From: Escherichia phage ID2 Moscow/ID/2001
DNA: 5,486 bases
Direction: 5' to 3' (one strand)
Sequence record: NC_007817.1
A program made the translations under genes and the position numbers. The notes beneath the pieces are model-generated. The model saw only the letters and a program-made list of their open reading frames with translations, did no database searches and was not told where the DNA came from. Of the stretch, positions 1-5,486 are shown piece after piece (within the stretch, counting starts at the first letter, position 1; each line of letters starts with the position of its first letter).

Positions 1-3
1 ACC

Positions 4-33
4 TTGACATAACCATAACTACATATCTATCAT
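4..33 (+). promoter_or_regulatory. Candidate sigma70 promoter P_A for gene A
   Basis: Perfect -35 TTGACA at 4-9, 18-nt spacer, -10-like TATCAT at 28-33. Predicted TSS near 40, upstream of the GGAGG SD (48-52) and ATG 62. Confidence 0.35.
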
Positions 34-61
34 GCCTCCAAATCATCGGAGGCTTTCTTAC

Positions 62-1723
62 ATGCAACAAGCTAGTGACTTCTACAACAAACCACATATC
101 GACGCTATCAAACCACTCGTTGAAACCGCTGGTATGTCTGTGCTTTCTCAATCTCCAAACCTCCGTATCTGGAAACAGGTAAATTCCCGTATCAAACTAT
201 TGGAAGAAATCCTTGCTCATTACACCAATGGCATCCGCCGTGATGACAACGGCGACTTCTGGATGAATCCCAATTCTCAACTCGCAACCACAATTGCCTA
301 TCGTGCCCATCAAAAAGGACACAACCCAAAACTCATTCAATACCCTGATACATTCACTCTGGATGACATCATCCGTAAAAAGCCATTACCACAAAACGCT
401 CCTGACGAATTAAAACTCTCCGATGAAATCGGGGAAGACTATCGCCTTACAATCATCTCTCTAATCGAAGAAATGCAAGAAATCTACGACGTGCTCGGAC
501 AACTTGATATTAATAACACTATAGACCACAAACCTATCGGTAACGCCCACTGGAATCTACTCTATGAAAAACCTGTATATAAACACTGGTATGAACTGGT
601 ATCAAAACGACCCCTTAAATCAATCAGAGACGACTACAACTATGCAAAGGCTAAGGGTATTAAGGATGAATGCTCGAAAATCCTTGAGGAATCCACCATG
701 AAATCACGTAGAGGCTTTACCGTACAAAGACTAATGAATGCTATGCGCACTGCCCACACTGAGGGCTGGTACGTTGTATTCGATACTCTTACTCTCGCCG
801 ATGACCGCCTTAAGGATTTCTATGATAATCCCAATGCTCTCCGTGACTATTTCCGTGATATTGGTCGTATGGTTCTCACTGCCGAGGGTCGTTCTGTCCA
901 TGATTCATCTTCGGACTGCTATCAGTATTTTTGTGTGCCTGAGTATGGCACCCAGCACGGCCGTTTACATTTTCACGCAGTGCACCTTATGCGCACACTT
1001 CCTCTGGGTTCTATCGACCCTAACTTTGGCAAGCTGGTGCGTACTAATCGGCAAATAAATAGCTTGCAAAATACATGGCCCTATGGTTACTCTATGCCCA
1101 TCGCGGTCCGGTACTCCCAAGACGCATTTTCGCGCGCTGGCTGGCTCTGGCCCGTTGATACAAAGGGCGAACCTCTTAAAGCTACCTCGTATATGGCTGT
1201 CGGCTTCTACGTCGCTAAATACGTTAACAAAAAATCAGATATTGACATGGCCTCTAAAGGTCTAGGGAATAAAGAATGGAACAATTCACTCAAAACCAAA
1301 ATCAACCTGCTGCCCAAGAAAATTTTTCGCATCAGGATGTCTCGCAACTTCGGAATGAAGCTGCACACAATGAGTCACCTCTCAGCGGAAACTCTAATCC
1401 AACTGACCCAAGTGGGCTACGACGTGACCCCGTTCAACAACATCTTGAAGCAGAACGCCAAGAAAGAGCTACGATTGAGGCTGGCAAAGAAATCTGTCGC
1501 CGACGTTTTGGAGGCGCAACCTGTGACGACCAATCTGCTAAAATTCATGCGCAATTTGACCCGTCAAATCGGAGTGTCCAACCTGCAGAGTTTTATCGCT
1601 TCAATGACAACGAAATTAACAAGTATGGATATTTCTGATGAAACCAAAAACTACGTTGATACTGCAGGAATTACTGCTACTCACTTACGAATTAAATCGA
1701 AGTGGACTGCTGGTGGAAAATGA
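62..1723 (+). CDS. A: Replication initiation protein A (HUH rolling-circle endonuclease). Start at ATG 62 preferred; the longest ORF begins at ATG 32.
   Basis: ORF 32..1723 (563 aa). It carries the HUH motif HFHAV (H at 968-970 and 974-976) and the catalytic tyrosine pair in YVAKYVNK (Y codons 1208-1210 and 1220-1222), both as in phiX174 gpA from memory. The C-terminal ~340 aa align closely with phiX174 A. ATG 62 has a GGAGG Shine-Dalgarno at 48-52 with 9-nt spacing; ATG 32 has no recognisable SD. Confidence 0.85.
   Translation: MQQASDFYNKPHIDAIKPLVETAGMSVLSQSPNLRIWKQVNSRIKLLEEILAHYTNGIRRDDNGDFWMNPNSQLATTIAYRAHQKGHNPKLIQYPDTFTLDDIIRKKPLPQNAPDELKLSDEIGEDYRLTIISLIEEMQEIYDVLGQLDINNTIDHKPIGNAHWNLLYEKPVYKHWYELVSKRPLKSIRDDYNYAKAKGIKDECSKILEESTMKSRRGFTVQRLMNAMRTAHTEGWYVVFDTLTLADDRLKDFYDNPNALRDYFRDIGRMVLTAEGRSVHDSSSDCYQYFCVPEYGTQHGRLHFHAVHLMRTLPLGSIDPNFGKLVRTNRQINSLQNTWPYGYSMPIAVRYSQDAFSRAGWLWPVDTKGEPLKATSYMAVGFYVAKYVNKKSDIDMASKGLGNKEWNNSLKTKINLLPKKIFRIRMSRNFGMKLHTMSHLSAETLIQLTQVGYDVTPFNNILKQNAKKELRLRLAKKSVADVLEAQPVTTNLLKFMRNLTRQIGVSNLQSFIASMTTKLTSMDISDETKNYVDTAGITATHLRIKSKWTAGGK
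500..529 (+). other. Viral (+) strand origin of rolling-circle replication, conserved 30-nt gpA recognition/nick site
   Basis: CAACTTGATATTAATAACACTATAGACCAC at 500-529 is, from memory, identical to the phiX174 30-nt origin. The expected gpA nick is between G506 and A507. It lies inside gene A, as in phiX174. Confidence 0.85.
698..1723 (+). CDS. A*: A* protein, in-frame internal initiation within gene A
   Basis: In-frame ATG at 698 begins MKSRRGF, the same residues that begin phiX174 A* as I recall it. GAGGA SD at 686-690 with 7-nt spacing. Product 341 aa, sharing the A stop. Confidence 0.6.
   Translation: MKSRRGFTVQRLMNAMRTAHTEGWYVVFDTLTLADDRLKDFYDNPNALRDYFRDIGRMVLTAEGRSVHDSSSDCYQYFCVPEYGTQHGRLHFHAVHLMRTLPLGSIDPNFGKLVRTNRQINSLQNTWPYGYSMPIAVRYSQDAFSRAGWLWPVDTKGEPLKATSYMAVGFYVAKYVNKKSDIDMASKGLGNKEWNNSLKTKINLLPKKIFRIRMSRNFGMKLHTMSHLSAETLIQLTQVGYDVTPFNNILKQNAKKELRLRLAKKSVADVLEAQPVTTNLLKFMRNLTRQIGVSNLQSFIASMTTKLTSMDISDETKNYVDTAGITATHLRIKSKWTAGGK
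1276..1638 (+). CDS. B: Internal scaffolding protein B, overprinted inside gene A in another frame
   Basis: 120-aa ORF, the same length as phiX174 B. Shares the conserved C-terminal block [10 protein letters not shown]...QPAEFYRF...GYF with phiX174 B from memory. AGGGA SD at 1264-1268, 7 nt upstream of the ATG. Confidence 0.9.
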   Translation: MEQFTQNQNQPAAQENFSHQDVSQLRNEAAHNESPLSGNSNPTDPSGLRRDPVQQHLEAERQERATIEAGKEICRRRFGGATCDDQSAKIHAQFDPSNRSVQPAEFYRFNDNEINKYGYF

Positions 1724-1808
1724 AGAAATTCAATCTGAACTTAAAAAATTCGAGAAGCTCTTACTTCGCCACCTTTCGCCATCACCTGAACGTACTGGCA
1801 AAGACTGA
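1638..1808 (+). CDS. K: Protein K, small ORF spanning the A/C junction in the third frame
   Basis: Not in the ORF track (56 aa). ATG 1638 overlaps the B stop as TGATG. Hand translation: [56 protein letters not shown], stop TGA 1806-1808. Same length and similar sequence to phiX174 K as I recall it (..[25 protein letters not shown]..). Confidence 0.7.
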   Translation: MKPKTTLILQELLLLTYELNRSGLLVENEEIQSELKKFEKLLLRHLSPSPERTGKD

Positions 1809-1974
1809 CGCTCTCGACGAGGAAAAATACCTAAATATGCTAGGTGCTCTCCTCAAGGACTGGTTCCGTTACGAAGAACATTTCGTACATGGTAAACAAT
1901 CAATGCTTGACTTATTAAATGAACGTGGACTATTATCCACATCAACAACCAACCCAAAAGGAAATACAAAATGA
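1720..1974 (+). CDS. C: Protein C (switch from dsDNA replication to ssDNA synthesis and packaging)
   Basis: ATG 1720 overlaps the A stop as ATGA. 84 aa beginning [21 protein letters not shown], close to phiX174 C ([21 protein letters not shown]) from memory. The track ORF 1702..1974 starts at an upstream GTG; the ATG at 1720 is the homologous start. Confidence 0.85.
   Translation: MKKFNLNLKNSRSSYFATFRHHLNVLAKTDALDEEKYLNMLGALLKDWFRYEEHFVHGKQSMLDLLNERGLLSTSTTNPKGNTK
1907..1936 (+). promoter_or_regulatory. Candidate sigma70 promoter P_D, inside gene C upstream of D
   Basis: -35 TTGACT at 1907-1912, 18-nt spacer, -10 TATTAT at 1931-1936. Predicted TSS near 1943, about 28 nt before the D ATG, similar to the leader length I recall for phiX174 P_D. 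Confidence 0.4.
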
Positions 1975-2426
1975 ACTCTAACGAATCTGCTGTTGCCTTC
2001 GCTACTGCTCTCGCATCTATCAAGCTCATTCAGGCTTCATCTGTGCTGGACCTGACCGAAGACGACTTCGATTTCTTAACCCGTGACCGTGTATGGATTG
2101 CCACTGACCGCTCCCGTGCTCGCCGCGCTATTGAGGCCTGCGTATATGGTACATTGGACTTTGTCGGATACCCTCGCTTTCCTGCTCCTGTTGAGTTTAT
2201 TGCTGCCGTCATTGCTTATTATGTTCATCCCGTTAACATCCAGACAGCATGTCTTATTATGGAAGGCGCCGAGTTCACCGAAAATATTATCAATGGTATT
2301 GACCAGCCAGTTAAGGCCGCTGAACTATTCGCTTTTACCCTGCGTGTACGCGCCGGAAACACTGACCATGTTACACATGCAGAAACTAACGTACGTGAAC
2401 AATTACGTGCTCAAGGAGTAATGTAA
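1971..2426 (+). CDS. D: External scaffolding protein D
   Basis: 151-aa ORF (phiX174 D is about 152 aa). ATG overlaps the C stop as ATGA at 1971-1974. AAGGA SD at 1958-1962 with 8-nt spacing. Position and size fit the canonical gene order. Confidence 0.92.
   Translation: MNSNESAVAFATALASIKLIQASSVLDLTEDDFDFLTRDRVWIATDRSRARRAIEACVYGTLDFVGYPRFPAPVEFIAAVIAYYVHPVNIQTACLIMEGAEFTENIINGIDQPVKAAELFAFTLRVRAGNTDHVTHAETNVREQLRAQGVM
2146..2421 (+). CDS. E: Lysis protein E (MraY inhibitor), overprinted in the +1 frame of D
   Basis: Internal ATG 2146 of track ORF 2083..2421 gives 91 aa: MVHWTLSDTLAFLLLLSLLLPSLLIMFIP... The N-terminal transmembrane segment is nearly identical to phiX174 E (MVRWTLWDTLAFLLLLSLLLPSLLIMFIP) from memory, including Pro21. 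GAGG SD at 2133-2136 with 9-nt spacing. Confidence 0.85.
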   Translation: MVHWTLSDTLAFLLLLSLLLPSLLIMFIPLTSRQHVLLWKAPSSPKILSMVLTSQLRPLNYSLLPCVYAPETLTMLHMQKLTYVNNYVLKE

Positions 2427-2506
2427 TGGCTAAAGGCTCTCGTCGGCGTTCGCCGTCCCGCTCTAAAGGTGCTCGCCTCTGGTATGTTGGCGGCACACAA
2501 TTCTAA
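2426..2506 (+). CDS. J: Small basic DNA-binding/packaging protein J
   Basis: Not in the ORF track (26 aa). ATG 2426 overlaps the D stop as TAATG. Hand translation: MAKGSRRRSPSRSKGARLWYVGGTQF, stop TAA 2504-2506. Strong AAGGAG SD at 2413-2418 with 7-nt spacing. Highly basic, with the ARLWYVGGTQF C-terminus I recall from G4-type J. Confidence 0.85.
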   Translation: MAKGSRRRSPSRSKGARLWYVGGTQF

Positions 2507-2512
2507 TCTTCT

Positions 2513-2528
2513 AGGGGCTTCGGCCCCT
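2513..2528 (+). terminator. GC-rich hairpin with UUCG tetraloop in the J-F spacer; candidate partial terminator T_J or mRNA stabiliser
   Basis: AGGGGC-TTCG-GCCCCT: 6-bp GC stem with a TTCG loop, 7 nt after the J stop. Followed by CTATTT, which is only weakly U-rich. phiX174 has a leaky terminator at this position. Confidence 0.45.
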
Positions 2529-2545
2529 CTATTTAAGGATATAAA

Positions 2546-3829
2546 ATGTCTAACGTTCAAACTTCCGCTGACCGCATTCCTAACGACCTTTCTCACCTCG
2601 TCTTCGAGGCTGGTAAAATCGGCCGTTTAAAAACTATCTCCTGGACTCCAGTTGTCGCTGGCGACTCATTTGAAACTGAGATGGTAGGCGCTATTCGCCT
2701 TTCTCCACTCCGTCGCGGCCTTGCCGTCGACTCTCGCGTGGATATCTTCTCTTTCTATATTCCGCATCGTCATATCTATGGTCAAGAATTCATTGAATTC
2801 ATGAAAGCTGGCGTTAATGCCACTCCTCTCGCACCTGTTACTACTGCCTCTGGCTGGGATGCTTCTGCCTATCTTGGCACTATTCCATCCTCAAACCTCA
2901 AGGTTCCTAAATTCTTACATCAAGGATACCTTAATATTTACAACAACTACTTTAAGCCACCGTGGGATGCTGACCTTACATACGCTAACCCATCTAACAT
3001 GCCTGAACAGGATTATAAATGGGGCGTTCGTGTCGCTAACTTAAAATCTATCTGGACCGCCCCCTTACCTCCTAACTCTAAAACATCAGAGACTATGACC
3101 ACTGGCGCTACGTCTATTGATATTATGGGCCTGCAAGCTGCTTATGCTAAATTGCACACCCAACAAGAACGTGACTACTTCATGACTCGCTATCGCGATA
3201 TTATGAAAGACTTCGGAGGTCACACCTCCTATGACGGTGATAACCGTCCTCTGCTGCTTATGCGCTCTGAATTTTGGGCCTCTGGCTATGACGTCGACGG
3301 TACTGACCAATCCTCTTTAGGTCAGTTCTCCGGTCGCGTCCAACAAACATTCAATCACAAAGTACCTCGCTTCTATGTACCTGAACACGGCGTCATTATG
3401 ACTCTCGCCGTTACTCGCTTCCCTCCTACTCATGAAATGGAGATGCACTATCTTGTCGGTAAAGAATCTTTAACCTATACCGACCTCGCCTGCGACCCTG
3501 CTCTTATGGCTAACCTGCCTCCGCGCGAAGTATCCCTTAAGGAATTCTTCCACTCCTCGCCGGACTCCGCTAAGTTCAAAATTGCCGAGGGCCAATGGTA
3601 TCGCACGCAGCCTGACCGCGTCGCATTCCCTTATAACGCACTTGACGGCTTTCCTTTCTACTCTGCTCTGCCGTCTACTGACTTAAAACAACGTGTCCTA
3701 GTTAACACTGATAACTACGACGAAATCTTTCAGTCTATGCAACTCGCACACTGGAATATGCAAACTAAATTTAATACTACCGTCTATAGACATATGCCTA
3801 CGACTCGTGATTCAATCATGACGTCATAA
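2546..3829 (+). CDS. F: Major capsid protein F
   Basis: 427-aa ORF, the same length as phiX174 F. The N-terminus MSNVQTSADRIPNDLSHLVFEAGKIGRLKTISWTPVVAGDSFE matches G4/phiX F from memory. AAGGA SD at 2535-2539 with 6-nt spacing. Confidence 0.95.
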   Translation: MSNVQTSADRIPNDLSHLVFEAGKIGRLKTISWTPVVAGDSFETEMVGAIRLSPLRRGLAVDSRVDIFSFYIPHRHIYGQEFIEFMKAGVNATPLAPVTTASGWDASAYLGTIPSSNLKVPKFLHQGYLNIYNNYFKPPWDADLTYANPSNMPEQDYKWGVRVANLKSIWTAPLPPNSKTSETMTTGATSIDIMGLQAAYAKLHTQQERDYFMTRYRDIMKDFGGHTSYDGDNRPLLLMRSEFWASGYDVDGTDQSSLGQFSGRVQQTFNHKVPRFYVPEHGVIMTLAVTRFPPTHEMEMHYLVGKESLTYTDLACDPALMANLPPREVSLKEFFHSSPDSAKFKIAEGQWYRTQPDRVAFPYNALDGFPFYSALPSTDLKQRVLVNTDNYDEIFQSMQLAHWNMQTKFNTTVYRHMPTTRDSIMTS

Positions 3830-3840
3830 AGCCTATAACG

Positions 3841-3878
3841 TGACAGGGGGAAAAATTTTAATTTTTCGCCCCCTGTCA
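3841..3878 (+). repeat. Extended inverted repeat/hairpin in the F-G intergenic spacer; candidate complementary-strand origin and/or T_F terminator
   Basis: TGACAGGGGG (3841-3850) is the perfect reverse complement of CCCCCTGTCA (3869-3878). The 18-nt AT-rich interior (AAAAATTTTAATTTTTCG) can itself pair AAAAATT with AATTTTT. It is the only long perfect stem in the window and sits in the 99-nt F-G spacer. Confidence 0.6.
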
Positions 3879-3928
3879 GGTTGAACAAGCGCAAGCGCGT
3901 TAGCTGCCTAACTTAAAAGGAAATTCAA

Positions 3929-4468
3929 ATGTTTCAGAAATTCATCAAAAAACATAACGCTCCGTTAACTTCTCAGCCCGCTATCTCTAAGGCTGTTACT
4001 CCATCTATGACCGCCGCCCCTCTTGTCACTACACCTCTCGGCGTGTCTTCTACTCAATTATTCTTGGAACTTACAACCACTGCCGCCGCTGGCGGCTTCG
4101 CTTACGCTATCCGCGTAGACAATTCTAACCCTACTGATAATCAGGTCTTCTCCGTCTGTGCTCACATCACATCTGACGTGGACCCTAAATATATTGCGTG
4201 CCTCGTTCGCTTTGAGGTCACTGCTGGTACCACTCCTACCGCTATGCCTCCTGTCTATGATGCTTACCCTATCGCTGGTTACTATGACGCTGGCTCTTAT
4301 ACTGTTGAAGACTGCGCTACTATTCCTACTCACGCTGTCTCTTCTGGCAACGATGTATATGTCGGCCTTATGCTTTTCTCTCGCATGTGGCCCGTTGCAA
4401 AACTATCCGGTATCGCTTCCCTTAATCAGGTAAACAAGGAAGTAACCGTTCTCCAACCTCTTAAATAA
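3929..4468 (+). CDS. G: Major spike protein G
   Basis: 179-aa ORF in the canonical position after F (phiX174 G is about 175 aa). AAGGA SD at 3917-3921 with 7-nt spacing. Ser/Thr/Ala-rich composition typical of the beta-barrel spike protein. Confidence 0.9.
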   Translation: MFQKFIKKHNAPLTSQPAISKAVTPSMTAAPLVTTPLGVSSTQLFLELTTTAAAGGFAYAIRVDNSNPTDNQVFSVCAHITSDVDPKYIACLVRFEVTAGTTPTAMPPVYDAYPIAGYYDAGSYTVEDCATIPTHAVSSGNDVYVGLMLFSRMWPVAKLSGIASLNQVNKEVTVLQPLK

Positions 4469-4478
4469 GGTATTCTCT

Positions 4479-5486
4479 ATGTTTGGTGCAATCGCTGGCG
4501 GTATCGCCTCATCTCTTGCTGGCGGACTCATCAACAAAGCCTTTGGGGGCGGTCAATCCGCCTCCTCTACTGGCGTTCAAGGTGATGTCCTCGCTTCTGA
4601 CAATAACGTAATCGGTGCTAATGATGCTGGTATCAAATCCGCTATTCAAGGCTCTAATCCACCCAATGGCCAACAAGCTGCTCCCAATGCTATTTCGGGC
4701 GTTCTCGCTGACACTGGCAAAGACGCCCTATCTTCAATCACTGGCGCTGGCGTTAATAAACTTATGGAAAAAATCGGACTATCTAAAACTGCTGCTGATA
4801 AAGGCAAGGACACAAAGGATTATCTTGCTTCTGCATTCCCCGACCTCAACCCGTGGGAACGTGCTGGCGCTGGTGCTTCGTCTGCTGGCATGGTTGACGC
4901 TGGCTTCCAAAACCAAAAAGAATTAACCCGCATGCAGCTTGACAATCAAAAAGAAATCGCTAAGATGCAAAACGACACACAAAAGGATATCGCTGGTATC
5001 CAATCTGTCACATCCCGGCAAAATACTAAGGATGCTGTCTATGCTCAAAACGAGATGCTCGAATATAACCAAAAAGAATCTATGTCACGCGTTGGCTCTA
5101 TTCTCGAAAACACAAGCCTCACCAAACAACAACAAACTTCTGAAATTATGCGGCAGATGCTTACTCAAGCTCAAACCGCAGGTCAACATTTTACAAATGA
5201 CCAAATCAAAGAACTTACACGAAAAGTTGGTGCTGATATTGATTCTGTCCGCGCTAACACTGACCGTACACATGTAGAAACTCAACGCTCAAAACAGGAA
5301 GTTCAAAACTCTCGTTATGCTTCCTCACAAGTCGGTAAAACCGCTAAGGATGTCTCTAATGCAGTTACTGATACAGCTAGTTCTATTGTTGATTATTTTC
5401 GTGGTATTGATAACAAAGTGGCAGACGCTTATAACAACTATTTCAAAGATGGTAAATCCGACGGAATCGGGTCGAACATCAAATAA
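4479..5486 (+). CDS. H: Minor spike / DNA pilot protein H
   Basis: 335-aa ORF (phiX174 H is about 328 aa). Gly-rich hydrophobic N-terminus [25 protein letters not shown] followed by a long Gln/Lys-rich, coiled-coil-like region. TAAGG SD at 4466-4470 overlaps the G stop. The ORF stops on the last base of the window. Confidence 0.9.
   Translation: MFGAIAGGIASSLAGGLINKAFGGGQSASSTGVQGDVLASDNNVIGANDAGIKSAIQGSNPPNGQQAAPNAISGVLADTGKDALSSITGAGVNKLMEKIGLSKTAADKGKDTKDYLASAFPDLNPWERAGAGASSAGMVDAGFQNQKELTRMQLDNQKEIAKMQNDTQKDIAGIQSVTSRQNTKDAVYAQNEMLEYNQKESMSRVGSILENTSLTKQQQTSEIMRQMLTQAQTAGQHFTNDQIKELTRKVGADIDSVRANTDRTHVETQRSKQEVQNSRYASSQVGKTAKDVSNAVTDTASSIVDYFRGIDNKVADAYNNYFKDGKSDGIGSNIK

Noticed and set aside
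32-61. ATG at 32 as the gene A start (longest ORF, 563 aa)
   Set aside because: No Shine-Dalgarno upstream, and it falls inside or before the predicted P_A -10/TSS region. ATG 62 has GGAGG at ideal spacing. Not fully excluded.
738-1058. 106-aa + strand ORF inside gene A in an alternative frame
   Set aside because: Leu/Ser-rich low-complexity translation typical of an off-frame read of T-rich coding DNA, with no SD and no known homologue in the canonical gene set.
1026-1092. Attempted P_B promoter upstream of B (TTGGCA at 1026-1031 or TTGCAA at 1064-1069)
   Set aside because: No acceptable -10 hexamer at 16-18 nt spacing from either -35 candidate. A P_B promoter probably exists inside A but I cannot place it from sequence alone.
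1083-1265. 60-aa + strand ORF inside gene A
   Set aside because: Short, no ribosome-binding site, and in a region already doubly constrained; most likely a chance ORF.
1702-1719. GTG start at 1702 for gene C (track ORF 1702..1974)
   Set aside because: The homologous C N-terminus (MKKF...) begins at ATG 1720, which overlaps the A stop as ATGA as in phiX174. The GTG extension adds six residues with no support.
2083-2145. Upstream extension of the E ORF (112-aa form starting at 2083)
   Set aside because: The conserved E N-terminus begins at the internal ATG 2146, which has a GAGG SD. The extension has no counterpart in phiX174 E as I recall it.
2030-2212. 60-aa minus-strand ORF opposite D
   Set aside because: Microviridae mRNAs all have viral (+) strand polarity and no minus-sense genes are known; the sequence is a basic low-complexity read-through.
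2411-2596. 61-aa minus-strand ORF across the J/F junction
   Set aside because: Same strand argument; it overlaps the J-F spacer hairpin and the F start, with no RBS.
2817-3044. 75-aa + strand alternative-frame ORF inside F
   Set aside because: Leu/His/Thr-rich off-frame artefact inside the highly conserved capsid gene, with no SD.
3086-3310. 74-aa minus-strand ORF inside F
   Set aside because: Minus-strand ORF in a single-polarity ssDNA phage genome, with no supporting signals.
4058-4333. 91-aa minus-strand ORF inside G
   Set aside because: Minus strand; Arg/Ser-rich antisense read typical of the reverse complement of coding sequence.
5085-5285. 66-aa minus-strand ORF inside H
   Set aside because: Minus strand, short, no signals.
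1-5486. Searched for CRISPR repeats, tRNA/rRNA-like structures, and IS or integrase signatures
   Set aside because: No repeated spacer-repeat units, no cloverleaf-compatible segments outside coding sequence, and no terminal inverted repeats; the window is fully accounted for by the phage genes and three short spacers.

Overview
The window reads as a compact, essentially complete genome of a phiX174/G4-like ssDNA coliphage (family Microviridae, subfamily Bullavirinae), probably linearised between the H stop and the A start. All eleven canonical genes are on the + strand in the canonical order A(A*)-B-K-C-D(E)-J-F-G-H. It shows the classic overprinting: B inside A, K spanning the A/C junction, E inside D, and ATGA/TAATG stop-start overlaps. 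Several features point to the G4-like clade rather than phiX174 itself: a short 26-aa J, a roughly 553-563-aa A, and an F N-terminus that matches G4 F as I recall it. Directly visible landmarks are the 30-nt viral-strand origin inside gene A (500-529), a 38-nt extended hairpin in the F-G spacer (candidate G4-type complementary-strand origin), and a UUCG-tetraloop hairpin after J. I see no RNA genes, CRISPR arrays or mobile elements, and no evidence of a novel system; the open points are the true A start, the promoters, and whether any additional overprinted ORFs are real. All protein and origin comparisons are from memory, not from a database search.
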